From positions 188,914,001-188,978,000 of the forward strand of contig OZ024741.1 in the NCBI GenBank assembly GCA_964016885.1: a stretch of DNA of 64,000 nucleotides, given 5' to 3'. Positions 47,597-61,313 of this stretch are shown one piece after another; position 1 is the first letter of the stretch; each line of letters begins with the position of its first letter. A model generated the notes under the pieces. It was not told the origin of the DNA. It worked only from the letters and a program-made list of their open reading frames with translations, and did no database searches. The position numbers and the translations under genes were made by a program. Source of the stretch: Eledone cirrhosa (Eukaryota).

Positions 47597-48030
47597 CAGT
47601 ATTGGTAGAGCATCGGACACCATGCTTTGTAACATGGAGTTATGGCCCTTTACGTTCTGGGTTCAAATCTTGCCGAGGTTAGCTTTGCCTTTCATCATTA
47701 CGGGGGTCGATAAAATAAAGCACCAGTAATGCACTGGGGTCAATTTAATCGACTTCCCCTCCCCACCAAGTTTCTGGTCTTGTGCCTATAGTAGAAATCA
47801 TTATTTTTCTGGGTATTGGCAGTACTTGGTAGAGTGGCAGACACCATGCTGTATGGCATGGGGTTACGGCTCTTTATGATCTGAGTTCAAATCCTGTCGA
47901 GGTTAGCTTTGCCTTTCATCCTTACGGGGGTCAATAAAATAAAGCACCAGTAATGCACTGGGGTCGATTTAATCGACTTCCCCCTCCCCACCAAGTTTCT
48001 GGCCTTGTGCCTATAGTAGAAATCATTATT
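47597..48030 (+). mobile_element. Tandem pair of SINE-A variants with a longer tail
   Basis: Two units of about 220 bp, both ending CTTCCCCTCCCCACCAAGTTTCTGG...AGAAATCATTAT. Confidence 0.8.
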
Positions 48031-49138
48031 AAAATATAATAATATTTGTTGAATAGTCAAGAATTTTTATTTACCATACCTTGGAAGATGGTATAATTAC
48101 TGGTGATATTCTGTATATAATCACTTGCTAAGAATACTTATTTATTATGATTGTGAATTTGTAATCTCTATATATGTAACACCTGTTACTTCTGTTTTAC
48201 CTCTACACAAATTATATTATACATTTTGTTACATCTATATATAATCTCTAATAGTATCACATTTTTATTACTTCTCAATTCATTTTACGATTACTCCCTC
48301 CTTGATATTGCACAGATGTTTTCACTCTTATATATTATCTATCAATATCATGTTCTTTCTATGTTTCACTTTCACTTAGTTGAATATATTGACATTGTTA
48401 TCATTTAAGACTCAACATATGTTTTTAACAGCTATTAATTGAGGAATATTATTTTTCAAATATTATGTAATTGTTGTGATATGGGGATGTGTTTTCATTG
48501 ATATTGTTTCTTTGAATATTATATGAACTCTTTGAAGATACAGAAACAAATGGTGTTAAGGTTTAATACCATTTTCCTTGAGTCAGTGGTCAGATTATAA
48601 TATATAGACACATCTATATATAAATAATGGAGCTTGAGCAATGTTTTTCAACATTTTTATTTCCCCCTTGCTTTTTTTTCCTGCTCATCCTTATAGAAGT
48701 ACTCTTGTGTCCCAAATAATAGAGGGTGGGTGGAATAAGCAGGGGTGGGGGTGGGTATTTGTTTAAATTCTTGTCTAAATGGGGCTGATTGGTAATTGTA
48801 TAGAGTGTGTTCGTAAATATGGGATTTCTTGTAATGCTCTTTTTTTTTTGTCATATATAATATTTTTTTTAATGTAAAATAAAATAATTATTAGATTCTC
48901 CAGCTGCTGTATCAATATGAATCACTTACAATAAAATTTTGCCGGAGATAGATTAGCAAAATTAAATAAGAAAGTGGGTTGTCGGGAGGGTTAAAGCGGA
49001 GGGGAGAGGGTTTGGAAAATATCTGAAAAATTAATAAGTGGAGAGGGGGGGGGGGGGGGGGGGCAATCATCCAAGACCTGAGAGTATGTGTTAGAAAAAT
49101 AGAATATCAAAACTATTTAATTTGGGCTATTCATCCAT

Positions 49139-49739
49139 TTAACCCTTTAGCATTCACATGGCTTAGTGGTTAGAGCATTGGGCTTGCAATCGAAAGGTTG
49201 TGAGTTCAATTCTCCGACCGGGTGATGTGTTATTTCCTTGAGCAAGACACTTTATTTCACATTACTCCAGTTTACTCAGCTGTAGAAATGAGATGATAGG
49301 GACTGGGCTCCATATCATTCCACTGCAAAGTGGTCGTGTAGGTGCAACGGAAAAAAAGCACCCAGCACTCACTGTAAATGAGGTTGGTGTTAGGAAGGGC
49401 ATCCAGCTGTAGAAATCAAGCCAGAATCTGTTCCCGTATGAGCAAGACAAGATCAGCCGACCGGACACTGCCCACAACAGAACAACCCGTCTAACCCATG
49501 CTAATGTGGAAGAACGGACGTAAAACGGTGATGATGATGATTACTCTTTATTTACTATATATTTTCATGGTAAACGCTTTACCTCACACAATTATCTCAC
49601 ATAATATCGAATCTATGAGATTTTGAAAGTATTTATTTTGAGAACAATACTTTAGCATCAGTTTGAATGACCAGTTACAGCCAGTTTCAACAGAAAGAGG
49701 TAGAGAATTCTGGCCGGTTTTTTTACATTAAAGGGTTAA
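49139..49739. mobile_element. piggyBac-type MITE interrupted by a SINE-B copy (about 49157-49540)
   Basis: TTAA-CCCTTTAGCATTCACA, then a SINE head through its (GAT)n tail, then the rest of the MITE ending AAAGGG-TTAA. Confidence 0.85.
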
Positions 49740-50307
49740 ATATAGAGTGAGAGACCAAGGCAGTACTGAAGTGAGACTACTGACTCCCAGACAGGCTGAG
49801 TGTCCTCATCTCATTTACAGTCTCATGTGCTATTGAGTGCATTATATCATGGCACCAATGCAAGAGACGTTGTCATGTTATTGAGATAACTGAAGAGTCC
49901 TCTCTTGTTTGGTAAGTTTTCTACAACTGGAAGCCCTTCCTATCAACAACTACTTCACAGCATGTACTGGGTGAACTTATCATGTAGATCCCCAACACTA
50001 GGGAGGTTGTTGTGCTTTTGATACAACTGAAGGGTCCTCTCAACCATTTAGGCATGGTTTCTACAGCGGGGTGCTTTTCCCTACCACCAAACACCCTGTA
50101 GAGTGTACCAGGTGCATTTTCATGGCACCAGCACTAGAAAGGTTGTTGATCATTGTCTTAACTGAAGCACACTCTTTGCTCTGTGGGAGTTGGGGTTAGA
50201 AGAGAAGAAAGATAAATATGAAGTTGCAGTTGCTAACAGACTCACTCCCATTGGATCTCGGCCCTATTGGCCAGCGATCCGAGACAATCATACTCCTGAT
50301 CAATTCC

Positions 50308-51088
50308 ATCATCATCATCGTTTAGCGTCTATCTTCCATGCTAGCATGGGTTAGACGGGTTTGTCCCATTTGAGGCAAGTTGGGTTGGGCGACTGTGTCT
50401 CGCTCATATAGGACTGTTTCTGGCTGGTTTTCTATGACTGGATGCCCTTCTTAATGCCAACCACATTTACAGTGTGGGCTGGGTGCTTTTTGTTGTGACA
50501 CCTACACGACCACTTTACAGTGTGGGATGTTTTTTTTGTTGTGATACCAGAATAACTTTACAGTGTAAGGGTGGGTGGATTTTGGGAGTGTGGGAGATGT
50601 ATGGAAGGGAGCGAGGTGGTTAAGAGGTGCCTACTAGATGTATGTTTGAGTCTGTGCACATGGGAAGGCATTTCTTTTGTATTACTGCATAACACCAAAG
50701 ATCTCAATCCTGTGTCATTGTCTTTGAGAGGTGCAATTGCACAAGGTCAGCTTTTATCACTACATCCCGGGTCTTCCTATTCCATAGCTTGCATCAACTT
50801 TGATCACCCTGCACCTTTTTAAACAGCTGTCATACTTCATATACATCATATGACCATATCATTTCAATCTCCTCTCTAGCATACTGCATGTGATACCTCT
50901 TATGCCTAATTTCTCTCTCAGTTCATTTACGATTTGCCATTCATATATATTACTATTATGCATCCATTAGAGCATGCATGCTTCATTTCTTTCCAATCAT
51001 CACAGGTCCTCTGCACATAGTTCCCAGGTCTCACTACTATGTAAAATTGCTATTCGTATACATGTATCATACAATCTTTCCTTAATTG
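50308..51088 (-). mobile_element. Degenerate RTE 3' end
   Basis: (CAT)n, reverse-complement RTE UTR core and decayed C-terminal coding sequence. Confidence 0.8.
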
Positions 51089-51107
51089 GGTATATATATA
51101 TATATAT

Positions 51108-52696
51108 ATTTGTTGACTTGGAGAAAGCCTTTGACAGAGTCCCCGCTCCATTATCTGGTGGGCTCTTAGAAAACTAGGTGTTGATGAATTGCTTGTGAGA
51201 GCTATACAAGCCATGTATAAAGAAACAGTCTGTAAGGTTAGAATTAACAATGAATATAGTGAAGAATTTAGCGTAAAGGTTGGTGTTCACCAAGGCTCTG
51301 TCCTTAGCCCCCTCCTATTTATTATTGCCCTTCAGGCTATAACAGAGGAGTTCAAGACCGGCTGCCTATGGGAACTTCTATACATAGATGATCTAACTCT
51401 CATAGCTGAATCAATGGCTGAACTAGAGAAGAAATTCCAAACATGGAAGCATGGCCTAGAATCAAAAGGCCTTAAAGTTAACTTGTTTAAAACTAAAGTT
51501 CTAGTATGTAGAAAGGAAAATAACCATGCTCAGTGTGTAGGAAAGAAGTAGGCAGAAATTCCATTTTATGTCCCAAATGCAAACTATGTATGGGATCACA
51601 GGTAAGCTATCTAAGAACATAGATTTTATATGTGGCCGATGCTCAGGTGCAATAAGTAGCAAGTGCCCACAGGATACTAGCTTCTTCTATTGCCCAGATG
51701 GTTCTATAGAAATAGTGGACACCTTCCGTTACCTGGGTGACAACATCAGCAGTGGTGGAGAGTGCTCTGAAAGTACAGTAGCCAGAGTTAGAACAGGATG
51801 GAAAATGTTCAGAGAGCTTATACCACTATTGGCCACTAAAGGTTTCTCTCTAAAAATGAAAGGCAGATTGTATGATGCCTGTATACGAACAGCAATGCTA
51901 CATGGCAGAGAGAATGGGCATTGTGTGCAGAGGATCTGCGCAGACTGGAGAGGAACGAAGCGTGCATGCTCCGTTGGATGTGTAATAGTAATATACGCAA
52001 ACGGCAAAGCATAAATGGACTAAGTGAGAAATTAGGAATAAGAGGGATCAGATGCTGTTTACTCGAAATAAGACTACGTTGGTATGGCCACGTGATGCGC
52101 ATAAAAGACGACAGTTGTATAAAAAGGTGCAGGGCGATCAAAATTGATGGAAGTTACGGAGTAGGTAGACCCAGAAAAGCCTGGGACGATTTGATAATTT
52201 CCAACCTCACACACTTACACCTCTCTAAGACAATGTCACTAGACCGAGAGCTTTGGCGCTACACAGTAATACATAAAACCCGCCTTGCCTATGTACAAAG
52301 CAAAACCTACAGTGAGTAGACACCTCTTAACCAAATATATACCCTATCCCACTACCCCTACTCTCCACTCCCACCAACACCACCCTTTCTCTGTAAAGTT
52401 ATGTTGGTACCACAACATCCAGTCTAAAATAAGTGAGGTCGTGTAGGTGTCACGACAAAAACAAAACACACACAGTCCACACTGTAATGTGGCTGTGTAG
52501 GTAACACAGTAAAAACCTCCCAGTCCACACTGTAAACGTGGTTGGTGTTAGGAAGGGCATCCAGCTGTAGAAAACCTGCCAGATAGCCCTATACGAGCGA
52601 GACATGGTCACCTGACCAATCTTGCCTCAAGTAGGACAATTCCCGTCTAAACCCATGCTAGCGTGGTAGATAGACGTTAAACGATGATGATGATGA
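51108..52696 (+). mobile_element. 5'-truncated, frameshifted RTE LINE (RT to 3' end)
   Basis: FVDLEKAFD, GVHQGSVLSPLLF, LLYIDD and the C-terminus are split over ORFs at 51189, 51568 and 51921; (GAT)n tail. Confidence 0.92.
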
Positions 52697-53948
52697 TATA
52701 TATCATGATCATTTAAGGTTCATTTTCTGTGCTAACATGGGTTAGATGGGTTGTCACGTTGAGAGAAGTCAGGTCAGGAGACTATTTTGCTCATACAGAC
52801 CTGTATTTTGGTTCAGTTTCTACTGCCAGATGCCCTTCCTAAAACCAACTACATTACAGTGTGCTTTTTATCATGGCACCAAAATGACCATCTAACAGGA
52901 TGGACTGGGTGGTTTTTGTTGTGTCAGCAGCATGACTACCTTACTTGGGTAGACTGGGCACATTTTGTTGTGTCACCAGCACAACCACCTTACAGGGTGG
53001 CCTGGGTGCTTTCTTTTGTCATGTTGTGTTACCAGCACGACCAGCTTATTAGGTGTACTAAGTGTTTTTTTGTGTCACTAGCACTACCATCTTATAGATT
53101 GCATTTGTAGCTGCCTCTTTTCATGTTATGTGTATGACTCCCTTACAGGATGGACTGGGTGCTTTTCTTGTTGTGGTGCCGGATTGCCATACAGGGTGGA
53201 TAAAGTGAGTTTTGTCATAGCAACAACATTATGAGAGTTGGGGAGTAGATTTGGAACATGTCCTACTTTCCATGCTTGTATATAAGGGTTGAACATGACT
53301 GGAGAGATACGATAGAAGCATGTAAGGTGGGGAGAGTAGGAATTAGAAGGCAGTATGTTTGAATTTCACTATATTCTATTTATTACGTAATCACTGTTAT
53401 ACATATTTTGATGGTATCTGGTATGTCAGATAAGAACTTACATCACTAATGTTTATGTAAGTAAAAAACTGATGAGATTATAACTGCAGATTACACAAGT
53501 GTTTATTAATCTATACCCGAAAACTATCATATATATGTGACAAAAATAATTAATGGTAAAATGGGAGAGTGGATTATGTTTAAGGTCAATATTTTGTAAA
53601 TTTTCACCGACTTCAAATTCTACATAAATGAGATGCTATAATATTTCACTTTGGATGTGAATATTACACTGATTTCACTTTCGCCATGTATTTTTAATGT
53701 TTTTCATGAATATGGACTTCAAAGCAGTCAAAATTTGTAAACAAAATCATTACGTAATGGAGTTCTGAAACAAAAAACTTACTCTAAACAATACTTAAAA
53801 CATTTTAAATGTCAAAATATTTAAAATATATTCTCCACTCATGAGAATTTCAAAACTGCGCCATCTAAATATTGTGTGTGAGTATATATATATATACACA
53901 CACACACACATATACACACACATATATATATCATTATCATGATATATA

Positions 53949-54433
53949 TCTAAACTATAATAAAGTAAGGAGCGCGGGACTGCGTACGGTTTATCAATTT
54001 TTATCCCATTAGTAAAATAAGTTGGATTACTTTGAATAAATAATGAATGAATATTACATAATTTATCTACTAAATTTCGTGGCTGTTCATTAAATATATT
54101 TTATTACTTATTTAAAGATTCACTTCTTTAAAATGTTCAAATGTCAACACTTCCGGTTAGCGATCGCTTAAATAAATATTCATATATTTCTGTCACTAAT
54201 TTTCTCCTAATGCAGTTTATATATAATATCGTCTTTTTTTAATGTATCATGGATTACGTTACTGATTACATAAGACAGTGTAACGCAGTCTTCGTTCATT
54301 TTCTGTATATATTGTCAATTACGATTTTATTTGATGTATCACATCTACATGCATATATACTTGCGTATAATATCAATATACACACTACACATGCTAGCAG
54401 AAAACCACCCAAAGGGTGGTTTTTTTCTGCTAG
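53949..54433 (+). mobile_element. Non-autonomous Helitron (485 bp)
   Basis: A|TCTAAACTATAATAAAG 5' end; subterminal hairpin ACCACCC-AAA-GGGTGGT; CTAG|T 3' end; no TSD. Confidence 0.7.
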
Positions 54434-54691
54434 TATATATAATATATATATATTTAAAATTCATATCGTTTTTCACAAAAACAATATAAAAAGTTAAAAC
54501 TGTAGGTGGAGAGGTTAAACACAAAATAGAGTAATTTATCAAAATAGAGTCATTTATCATAATAAGCAAAACAAAATCTATATATCAACCCTTCTGAAAG
54601 GTATGTATACAAACTCCTATTGTGCCAAAAATAACAATCACACTAGAACCAAATTAGTCATTAAAAAAATACACCAAATACATTAATACAT

Positions 54692-54875
54692 TAAATGCTG
54701 ATTAACGAACGTTTCATCCTCTTTTGGCATATCTTCGTATTTTTAAAAAATGTAAACAACTCCTTTGGGCATTGGGTGTAATGTATTGCGGTAAGATTAT
54801 AATGAGGTTTCTATATTAAATATCTAATTTTGAAAAATCCCAGGAGGGGATGAAACGTTCGTTAATCAGCATTTA
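54692..54875. repeat. Short inverted repeat IR3 (28-bp perfect arms) built on hammerhead-like sequence
   Basis: TAAATGCTGATTAACGAACGTTTCATCC at 54692-54719; its reverse complement at 54848-54875. Confidence 0.8.
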
Positions 54876-57800
54876 GTGTCTTTATATATATATATTTAAT
54901 TATGTCTCATATAAAATAATACAACCAACTTTCCACGGAATACTATATAGTTAGCACCCCAAACACTTAATTGGGATTATACTTAGGTATATCCTAATGT
55001 TTGTTGAGTGAGATGGAGTTGGTCAGAGTATCGCTTAAAGCTTTCTCTGTTAATGTATTAAATATATATATGTATATGTATGTATGTTTTATTGGTACTA
55101 CAAAACATTCAGCCTACACTGTAAATGTGGTTGGCATTAGGAAGGGCATCCAGCTGTAGAAAACTAGCCAGAAAAGGTCCTATATGAGCGAGAATGGTCA
55201 CCTGACCCAACTTGCCTCGAAATAGGACAAACCTGTTGAACCCATGCTAGCATAGAAGATAGACATTAAATGATGATGATGATATATATCTCTCTCTATA
55301 TATATACAATATGTTGAAAAGGTAACACACTAGAGAGAGATACAGTGCGCCATCAATAAAACAGGGAAAAACCACCAGTGTATGGAATCTATAACCTATG
55401 AAAGGCAGACTATAGACACGATAATTAAAAATATAAATTAAAGCGTAAATAAATACCTCTATAACTATATAACGCACGTAAGCTCAGGATTTCCTCTCCT
55501 TTGAGCACATTATTTACAGGGAATGGCGAGAGTCTATGGCTCCGTTAATTTATCGTGATATATATAGCGCTGCCCCATCATGTTGCCCATATAGCTTTTC
55601 TACTTAACTTTGTACTCTCTACAAACATCTCACATTCTCTACATTCTCTATTGCTCTGTTTCCTCCTTTCACTCTTGTATCCATACTCTCCTCTCCATCT
55701 TAATTATATTCTCAGTCACATTTGCTTTGAAAGAATGGAGAGGACCTATTAGCTTTGCAGAGGCTAAGGCAACCTCTCTTGTGCTGATGCTATGATAAAT
55801 GCACCCAGTATACTGTAACATGTCTGGCAACAACAAGCAAGTCAGGACTCTTTTGTAATGTCATGGTCTTGACAACCTTTCTAGTGATATTGCAATGATA
55901 AAAATGCACCTACTACACTCTTTAAAGTAGTTGATGATGGAAAGAGTATCTAGCCACAAAAAACCATATGGAAAAAGATGTGGTTCTTTGCTACGTCTAA
56001 GAGAAAAGTAACTCCAAATAAAAACTAATGTCGAACCTCATTTAACCCATGCCAACCAAGAAACCAGATGTAAAATGATGATGCTGTGTATATATCATAA
56101 TTGTTTCTACTTTTGGCACAAGGCCAGCAAATTAGCCAGTACATTACTGGTACTTTATTTTATCGACCCTGTAAGGATGAAAGGCAAAGTTAACCTCAGC
56201 GGGATTTGAAATCTGTGTATATATCATAATCATCATTACCGTTTAATGTCCATTTCCCATGTTTGCATGGGTTAGATGGGTCGTCTATGTCATGAGACAA
56301 ATCTGGCCAGATTGGCTGCGCCGTACCTTGCTCAGACGGAACTCTAAAATTGGCCAGGATTTTTACAGCTGGATGTCCTTCCTAACACCAGCCACATTTA
56401 CAGTGTGGAACTATATATATATAGAGAGATTTATATATAGATACAATTATATATATATATATATAAAACATTATGTCATATCTCTGAATTATGCGTGAGA
56501 ATGCATATATTATGTATGTGTATGCACATGGATGTTCTAGTGATGTCTCATGTCCATCTCAAAAGCAGGAACTGGATCGTTACATGGTAAATAATTCAGC
56601 ATTCCATTAGTGATCTCTTGCCCGGATACTATGATAAATATTTCACCATCACAAAGCATATTTCACAGTTAACTTAACATCTAAATTACTAAATGATATA
56701 TCCCTGTTTAGTACTCAGCAACTCTTAATCTAAATTACTGCTAGCATTAAAATCAATCGATATATTCAATATATCTATTGGATATAGCTCTTGTGTTCTG
56801 GTAGTTATTGATTGAAATTTTTGGTTTTGCTATGTTATAGGAAGACATATAACTATAAGGATCTCTAATGTATTCTCAATGCTATAAATATTCAGGTGAG
56901 CGTGTATAGCTGATTGCATTGAGTCAAGTGTCTGGCTCAATTTCTTTATATCTCTTAATAATTGTTTCTACTTTTGGCACAAGGCCAGCAATTAACCCAG
57001 TGCATTACTGGTATTTTATTTTATCGACCTCGTAAAGATGAAAGGCAAAGCTAACCTCAGTAGGATTCGAACTTGGAACGTAAAGAGCCATAACTTTATG
57101 CTGCAAAGCATGGTGTCTGACACTCTACTGATACTACCAACGTTTGAATCATGGCATTGTTGGTTAACAAATTTACAACAAGCCAATCTCCGGTTTGTCA
57201 GATTTCTGGTGACAAGAATGATACTGGTGTGTCTGTAACTCAGTACAGAATAATTACCAGCAAGGGCTGGTAAGCTTTGATCCTGCAGACCTATGGCACA
57301 TAGGTAGTCGGCTTGGTAAATGACTAACTGCAAATAAGGGATCAGTAGTTAATTCTATATGGTGCTACATGGCAGTCTGGGAATCTACTCTCTCCTTTGT
57401 CCTGTCTATTTTTGTATATCTATCGATGTTTTGTTGATTTTCGACATAACTTGATCCAGCAGATCTGTGATCATACATTCTAGCTGTGGCCATCTTATCT
57501 CTTTTTTTTTCAGGCATCTTATGTCTTTTTTCTTTAAAGCAAGAGTTTGTGATTTGTGAGGGATTTGGCTGTTATTTCAAGCAGGTTGAAGGACTATTTA
57601 GAGGTTCCCTCACCAGCTCATCATACACTGGTGATATTGTTGTTGTTTAACCTAAGTCAGCTCTGATTCAGTAGGTTTATGGCATTTGAATCAACCATCT
57701 AGTATTTTAAAGACAAAAATGAAGAGTGAGATTTTAAGAAATTTTAGCTATTATTTTTAGCAGGTAAAGTGACAATGTAGTGGGTCTTTTATTGACTTGT

Positions 57801-58475
57801 AAAATTGGATATGTTGTTATTTAACAGCAGGTCAGTTCTGATCCAGCTAACCTATAATCAAAGATGTTCTCGACATGGCTATTCCGTCTTTTATTCAGAC
57901 ATGGTGCATCTCTGAGGTGGATTAGCAGTATCGGTAGAGGGTCGGACGCCATGCTTTGCAGCATAGAGTTATACCCCTTTATGATCTGAGTTAAAATCCC
58001 ACCGAGGTTAACTTTTCTTTTCATCCTTACAGGGTCGATAAAATAGAGCACCAGTAATGCACTGGGATAATTGCTGGCCTTGCGCCATTTTTGTTAAGTA
58101 ATATTCTAAATAACAGTTTACTAATGAATACCTTTATTATCAAAATCCTTCCAAATTTTTGGTTAGTTTCAAAATTAATTAAAATGCATAAGCAGTGTAT
58201 TTCATTAGAAATTTGGCAATGAGAGGGTTCAGTGGATGTTTGCTTGCTTGTTTTGTGGGGTTTTCTTGCGCAGTGGATGCAGCTTGGCTGAAGGATTACA
58301 ATGTTTACTTCAGAATCTTGAGATTTATGGTTCTGTTCCACTTCATAGCATCTTGGGCAAGTGTCTTTTGCCATAGCTTCAGGTGACTCAAACCTTGTAA
58401 ATGAAAGTGTGTAGAGAGAAATAGTATGGAAGTCTGTCAGATGAACAGTACCTGTTATTCAAAGGGCCAGGTTTA

Positions 58476-58696
58476 CTAACCCGTTAGCAATTACATTACT
58501 CTATATTTACTATTGTATTTCCATTAAAAGGCTTTACTTCACATAATGATCTCACATAATATCAAATCTATACGATTTTGATATTATTTATTTTGAGAAC
58601 AATACCTTAACGCCAGTATGAGTTACAGCCGGTTTGAACAGAATGAGGTGAGAGAATTCTGGCTGGATATGGCGAGTTTAAATGCTAAAGGGTTAA
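58476..58696. mobile_element. piggyBac-type MITE
   Basis: CTAA-CCCGTTAGCA ... TGCTAAAGGG-TTAA; same family as the 41829 copy. Confidence 0.8.
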
Positions 58697-58812
58697 ACAC
58701 TGTACCTAAGAAATGCATTTAGGTTACATGTATCATGTATCTGTGGAATACTGAGTAGCTTCCTTGTTAATTTAACACATTTGTTACTATATTTCTATTG
58801 AAGTATAATGTA

Positions 58813-59152
58813 CATCATCATCATCATCATCATTTCATTTTACGTCCGCTTTTCCCTGCTTGCAAGGGTGGGACGGGAACTGATTCTGGCTTGATTTCTA
58901 CAGCTGGATGCCCTTCCTAACACCAACCTCATTTACAGTGAGTGCTGGGTGCTTTTTTGCCGTGGCGCCTACACGTCCACTTTACAGTGGAATGATAGGG
59001 ACCTCAGTCCTATCATCTCATTTCTACAGCTGAGTAAACTGGAGAAATGTGAAATAAAGTGTCTTGCTCAAGGAAACAACACATCACCCGGTCTGAGAAT
59101 TGAACTCACAACATTTTGATTGCAAGTCCAATGCTCTAACCACTAAGACATG
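58813..59152 (-). mobile_element. SINE family B
   Basis: Reverse complement closely matches 16827-17160. Confidence 0.88.
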
Positions 59153-59534
59153 AATTAATTAATGTAGAATTTTGGCATGATTTATAAAAATTATTAGCTA
59201 TTTTATTTTTGATATGGTATTTGTAACGTAACTTAAAAGGTTCTTTTATCAAATTATGTTGAAATCGGAACCATTTAAATTGGTGGTTTTGTTTCATAGA
59301 ACCAGTGACAGTTATGGGTGCGTTAGTAACAGGAGGGTTTAAGAAGCAGGCCATTCCAATTACTGAGAAACTGGAACATTCATCATTAGAACAGACAGAA
59401 GTCCATTTATCTTTTGTGGTGAGTTTGTGTGTGTATGTGTGTACATGCATGTAAGCGTGTGTGTGAAACTGTATATGTGTATTATGTGTCTGTGTTTATT
59501 TTACTAATGTCTAAGAATTTCACTGTCATTGAAG

Positions 59535-59799
59535 GTGGGTGGATGGATCATTCCTAGATCTGGTTTCTGAAGATATCGAGAAAGGTACTGATGAGTTTAA
59601 CCGAGAATTGTTCAAGCTGCAGAAAATATTCAAGTTGAAGGAGAAGAAGCTGGTGATGGAGAAAGAGGAGAGGGAAAGGGAGAAAAAGAAAAAGAAAAGA
59701 TTGTCAGATGTTGGTGTAGAGGAGGTTGAAGAAGAATTGCATCTGCCTGTAGGGCCGAGGGTCTGTGAAACGGTCCTGGAGGAACTGAAAGAGTTTAAG
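59535..59799 (+). CDS. DNAH12: DNAH12-like exon 9 of window
   Basis: AAG acceptor and AAG|gtaggt donor; WVDGSFLDL...EFNRELFK...K/E-rich insert...VCETVLEELKEFK; phase 2 to 0. Confidence 0.9.
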
Positions 59800-60070
59800 G
59801 TAGGTCTAGTTGACATGGAGGGGCTCTTCATTATTGTCACTGCTATCACCAACCCCACCCATCATCATCATGATTTCTATTATCATTATCAGGATTAGCA
59901 TAACTATCATCACTACCATCAAAGCCACTGAAACCACCATCACTACAACTACCATTAATGTTGTCATCACTCTCACTACTAACACTACCACTTCCACTGT
60001 CATTACCATAACCACCACTACCAGCACAACTATCATTTCTATTACCATCATCACAACCTTCCAGTAACTA

Positions 60071-61313
60071 CCATATATACTCGCGTATAGGTCGCCCCGG
60101 CAGATAGGTCGCATACCCACTTTTCATTTAACAAATAGGCTATTTGCCATTGACTCGCAGATAGGTCGCACTGAAATTTGGGCCGTCAAACTACTATTTT
60201 TTATGATAATTGAAACTAATAATCTGTTAGCTTCCATTACTTCACCGTTGCGATATATACTCCAAACCATGTTTTATTTATAAAATAAAGATTAACGTCA
60301 TCGAAATCTCGTCATTTCAAGATTACTGCGATATAAAGCTTTTAAGCGCGAAAATTAACTCTCAATATAGTGAAACAACTTGAAATAACACGTGTTTTTT
60401 AACGTTGAAAGTATAACAGATTTTTAGCACAATCAACATGGCTTCCCAAAGTAGCGAATACCGACTTTGAAGGTTTTACATGCGACGGCTTTCGAAATGA
60501 AAAAGAAACACAAGATAATATTAGTGATTTATCTTCAAATGAATCAGACGTATTTATTTCTGATGATGATAGTTACTTTGAAAGTGAAAGCGAAGATCTG
60601 ATGGACACCATTGAAAATATTACAGCAATGTGGTTGAAAGATACAACACCAATACATGTTCACACCTGTTAATGAACTTATATATTGGGAAGACTCTGTT
60701 ATGTAAATTTACACCATACACTGTGTAAGAGTACATTGCAAATATTATTTTGATTGGTGAAAAGATTTTATAAATTTTTTTAAATGAAAATAAAAATATT
60801 TGCCTGGAAATGTAGAGAAAGACTAAAACCTTGTACTGATTATATCTGCATTTTTAATTAATTCACCTGTTCAGAAAATTGCTAGATTTCAACTATCAAC
60901 TTTTCTCACTTGCTAATTTTGAAAAGAAATGCCACGTGCAATAATCTGTTTCCTGTTAAAGTAAATACATCACAATACGTGTTCATAACAACGCTAAGAC
61001 AATGAAATCAGATTTTAAATACCGGGTATGCATTTCTATGGATTTTAATGACGGATGGTTCGCTCAGATAAAAAAAAACGTAAACACTACGAAGTTTTAG
61101 TAAAAAATTTAAAAGCAAGAAATATATGTATAAGAAGGTAGATATATGAAATTATTATGTTAAATATTAACAAAGTTATTTTTATAAATACCCATCGTTG
61201 ATTAAGTCTATGAAAAATCATTGGTCAGTCTGATGTTGATCGGATAGGTCGCACCCCAAAAATGTATACTTATTTATCGTAAAAAAGTGTGACCTATACG
61301 CAAGTATATACGG
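60071..61313. mobile_element. TA-flanked TIR DNA transposon (Tc1/mariner-pogo superfamily), non-autonomous
   Basis: TIRs CCATATATACTCGCGTATAGGTCGC and GTGACCTATACGCAAGTATATACGG; TA on both sides; subterminal GATAGGTCGCA repeats. Confidence 0.85.

Noticed and set aside
50308-52696. Divergent RTE pair as a single twin-primed inversion
   Set aside because: The two pieces overlap in element coordinates, differ in decay and each has its own tail, so two insertions are more likely.
59806-60120. Thr/Ile- and Val/Met-rich ORFs after exon 9
   Set aside because: Degenerate (CAT/CAC)n trinucleotide repeat downstream of a strong splice donor.
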